This document shows, in pieces, positions 61,170 through 64,000 of a stretch of 64,000 nucleotides of DNA (the first letter of the stretch is position 1; the number at the start of each line of letters is the position of its first letter). Origin of the DNA: Mobula hypostoma. Its lineage: Eukaryota. Made by a program: the position numbers and the translations under genes. The DNA is taken from contig NC_086097.1 of assembly GCF_963921235.1 (NCBI RefSeq), forward strand, positions 176,578,001 to 176,642,000, in the 5' to 3' direction. Below the pieces are notes generated by a model that was not told where the DNA came from, made no database searches, and worked only from the letters and a program-made list of their open reading frames with translations.

Positions 61170-64000
61170 AGTGAGCAGTCAGATGTCTTGGTACATATTG
61201 GCACCAATGGCATAGGTAGGAAAGGTCCTAAAAAGAGATTTTAGTGTGCTAGGTAGAAAGCTGGAAAGGAGCACCACCAGGGTAGTAATCTCTGAGTTGC
61301 TGTCTGTACCGTGTACCAGTGAGGGTCAGAATAAAATGATTAAGCAGCTGAATGCGTGGCTGAGTAACTGGTGCAGGGGGCAGGGAACCAGATTTCTGGA
61401 TCCCTGGGATCTCTGCTGGAGAAGGTATGACTTGTACAAAAGAGATGGGTTACACCTGAACCAAAGGACGGACCAATATCCTTTTGGGCAGGATGCTAGA
61501 GCTGTTTGAGAGGGTTTAAACTAATTTGGCAAGGGCGATTGGAACCAGAGTGATAGGGCTAAGGATGGGGTAACCTGTTCACGAACAGAGGCAGTATGTA
61601 GTGAGACTGCTAGCGAGGAGAGGCTGATGATAGGGCAAAATTGCTGTCAATGGAACAAGTTGCAATGAAAAAGGGGAGCAACCACATAAAGAGTGATGAA
61701 TACAGGATTGAAGGTGTTATAGTTGAATGCAAGCGGTATATGGAATAAGGTAGATGAACTTGCAGAACAGTCACAGATTGGCATGTACGATATTGTGGGC
61801 ATTACCAAGTTGTGGCTGAAAGAAGATTATAGCTGGGAGCTTAACATCCAAGGATACACATTATATCAAAAGGACAGGCAGATAGGTAGAGGGTGGTTCT
61901 GTAGCTCTGTTAGTAAAGATTGAAATAGGATTATTATAAATAGGAGACATAGGATCAGAAAGTGTAGAATCTTTGTGGTTAGAGCTAAAAAACTGAAAGG
62001 GTAAAAAGACCCTAACGGGAGTTATATACAGATCTCTGAACAGTAGGAATTCATGGAGGACTTCAAATTGCAGGTAGATTGGGAAAATCTGGTTGGTGCT
62101 GGATCTCCAGAGGGAGAATTTGTAGAAATGAGATGGCTTTTTAGAGCAGATCATGTTCGAGCCCACTAGGGGATCAGCTATTCTGGGGTGGGTGTTGTGG
62201 AATGAACTGGAGTTGATTAGAGAGCTAAAGGTAAAGGAACCCTTAGAAGTCAGTGATCATAATATGATAGAATTCATCTGGCAATTTGAGATGGAAAAGC
62301 TGAAGTCAGATTTTACATTTATTAAAATGGAGTAATGGAAATCAGAGGCATGAGAGAGGAGCTGACTAAAATTGATTGGAGGGGAACACTAGCAGGGATG
62401 ATGGCAGAGAAGCAATGGCTGGAATTTCTGGGAGCAATTCGGAAAGCACAGGATAGATAAATCCCAAAGAAGAAGAGTATTCTAAAGGCAAGATAACGCA
62501 ACTGTGACTGACAAGAGAAGTCAAAGGCAACATAAAAGCTAAAGAGAGGCAAAAATTAGTCTGGCATTAGAGAATTGGTAAGCTTTTAAAAACCAACAGA
62601 AGGCAACTAAAAGAAGTCATAAAGAAGGAAAAAGTGGAATATGAAGTTCAGCTAACCAATTATAGTAAAGAGGATACCAAAGTTTCTTCAGATATATAAG
62701 TACAAAAGAGAGGCTACAGTGGATATCAGACCACTGGAAAATGATGCTGTAGAGGTAGCAATGGAGTTCAAGGAAATAGCGGTGGAACTGAATAAGTATT
62801 TTACATCTGTCTTCACTGTGAAAGACATTACAGCATGCCAGAAGTTTGGGAGTGTCAGGGGATGGAAGTTTGAGATTGTCAGGGGACAGAAGTTAGTAAA
62901 GTTACCATTATTAGGGAGAAGGTGCTTGGGAAACTGAAAGATTCAAAGATAGATAAGTCACATGGACCAGATGCTCTAAACCCCAGGGTTCTGAAAGAGG
63001 CAGCTGAAAGATCGTGGAAGCATTAGAAATGATCTTGCAAGAATTATTGCTTTCTCGCATGGTTTCAGAGGACAGGAAAATTTCAAATCTCACTCTACTT
63101 TTCAAGAAGGGAGATAAGCAGAAGAAAGGAATTATAGGCCTGTTAGTCTGACCTGAGTGGTTGGGAAGGTGTTGGTGTCAATTGCCAAGGATGTGGTTTT
63201 GGGGTACTTGAAGGGATATGATAAAATAGGCCAAAGTCTGCATTGAATTGATGGCTTTTTGGCCAAGTTTGTGGATAATGTGAAGATAGGTGGAGGGGCA
63301 GATAGTGTTGAGGAAGCAGAGAGGCTACAGAAGGACTGAGACAGATTAGGAGAATGGGCAAAGAAGTGGCAGAAAGAATACAGTGTAGGGAAAAGTATCT
63401 CCATGTACTTTGGTAGAAGTAAAAGTGTAGGCTATTTTCTAAATAGAGAGAAAATTCAAAAACCTGAGGTGCAAAGGGACTTGAGGGTTCTCATGCAGGA
63501 TTCCCTAAAGGTTAATGTACAGGTTGAGTCAGTGATGAAGAAGGCAAATGCAATGTTAGCATTCATTTTGAGGGGACTAGAAAATAAAAGCAAGGATATA
63601 AGGTTGAGGCTTTATAAAGCATTGGTGATGCTTAGAGTATTGTGAGCAGTTTGGGGCCCCTTATCTAAGGTAGGACATGCTAACATTGGAGGGCGTTCAA
63701 AGCAGGTTCACGAAAATGATTCCAGGATCGAAAGGTTTATCATATGCTGAACATTTGTTGGCTCTGGTCCTGTACTCACTGTAATTCAGAAGAATGAGAG
63801 GGGATCTCATTGAAAGGCCTTGATAGAGTGGACGTGGAGAAGATCTTTCCTGTGGTGGGGGAGTCTAAGACCAGAGGACACAGCCTCAGAATATAGTGAC
63901 ATCCATTTAGAATGGAGATGAGGAGGAATTTCTTTGGTCAGAGAATGGTAAATCTGTGGAATTTGTTGCCACAGGTGACTATGGAGGCCAAGTCATTGGG
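61170..64000 (+). mobile_element. Long decayed CR1 LINE: ORF1 SGNH-esterase remnant, APE endonuclease and RT with internal deletion; runs off the window
   Basis: Esterase: HIGTN...VVISELL.VP...LNAWL..WC...RDGLHLN. APE: NASGIWNKVDEL...DIVGITK.WL, PTRG.AIL..VL and SDHNMIEF. RT and C-terminal motifs follow. Confidence 0.92.

Overview
This 64 kb window is eukaryotic, repeat-dominated DNA with no recognisable host protein-coding gene. The repeat mix suggests an intergenic or large intronic region of a cartilaginous fish; this is inferred from the repeat families only. Most of the sequence is nested, mostly decayed retroelements. These include many CR1-clade and Rex1/Babar-clade LINE fragments, tRNA-derived SINEs, and a 3'-truncated tRNA-Lys(CTT) copy. 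There are also Penelope-like elements (Neptune-type GIY-YIG endonuclease), one L1 with a twin-priming inversion and 14-bp TSD, two well-defined solo LTRs and two LTR-like inserts. DNA transposons are represented by a hAT (SPIN/Charlie-like) transposase remnant and Tc1-derived elements. The most notable signal is a family of minimal type-I hammerhead ribozyme motifs (CTGACGA...GAAACGTC) in the Penelope 3' repeats. The same motif occurs in tiny fold-back, protein-free insertions with 13-14 bp TSDs. A few repeat-free islands are candidate regulatory or conserved non-coding elements. Nearly all ORFs in the track are TE fragments or spurious. Family names come from motif recognition by eye, not database searches, and boundaries of old repeats are approximate.
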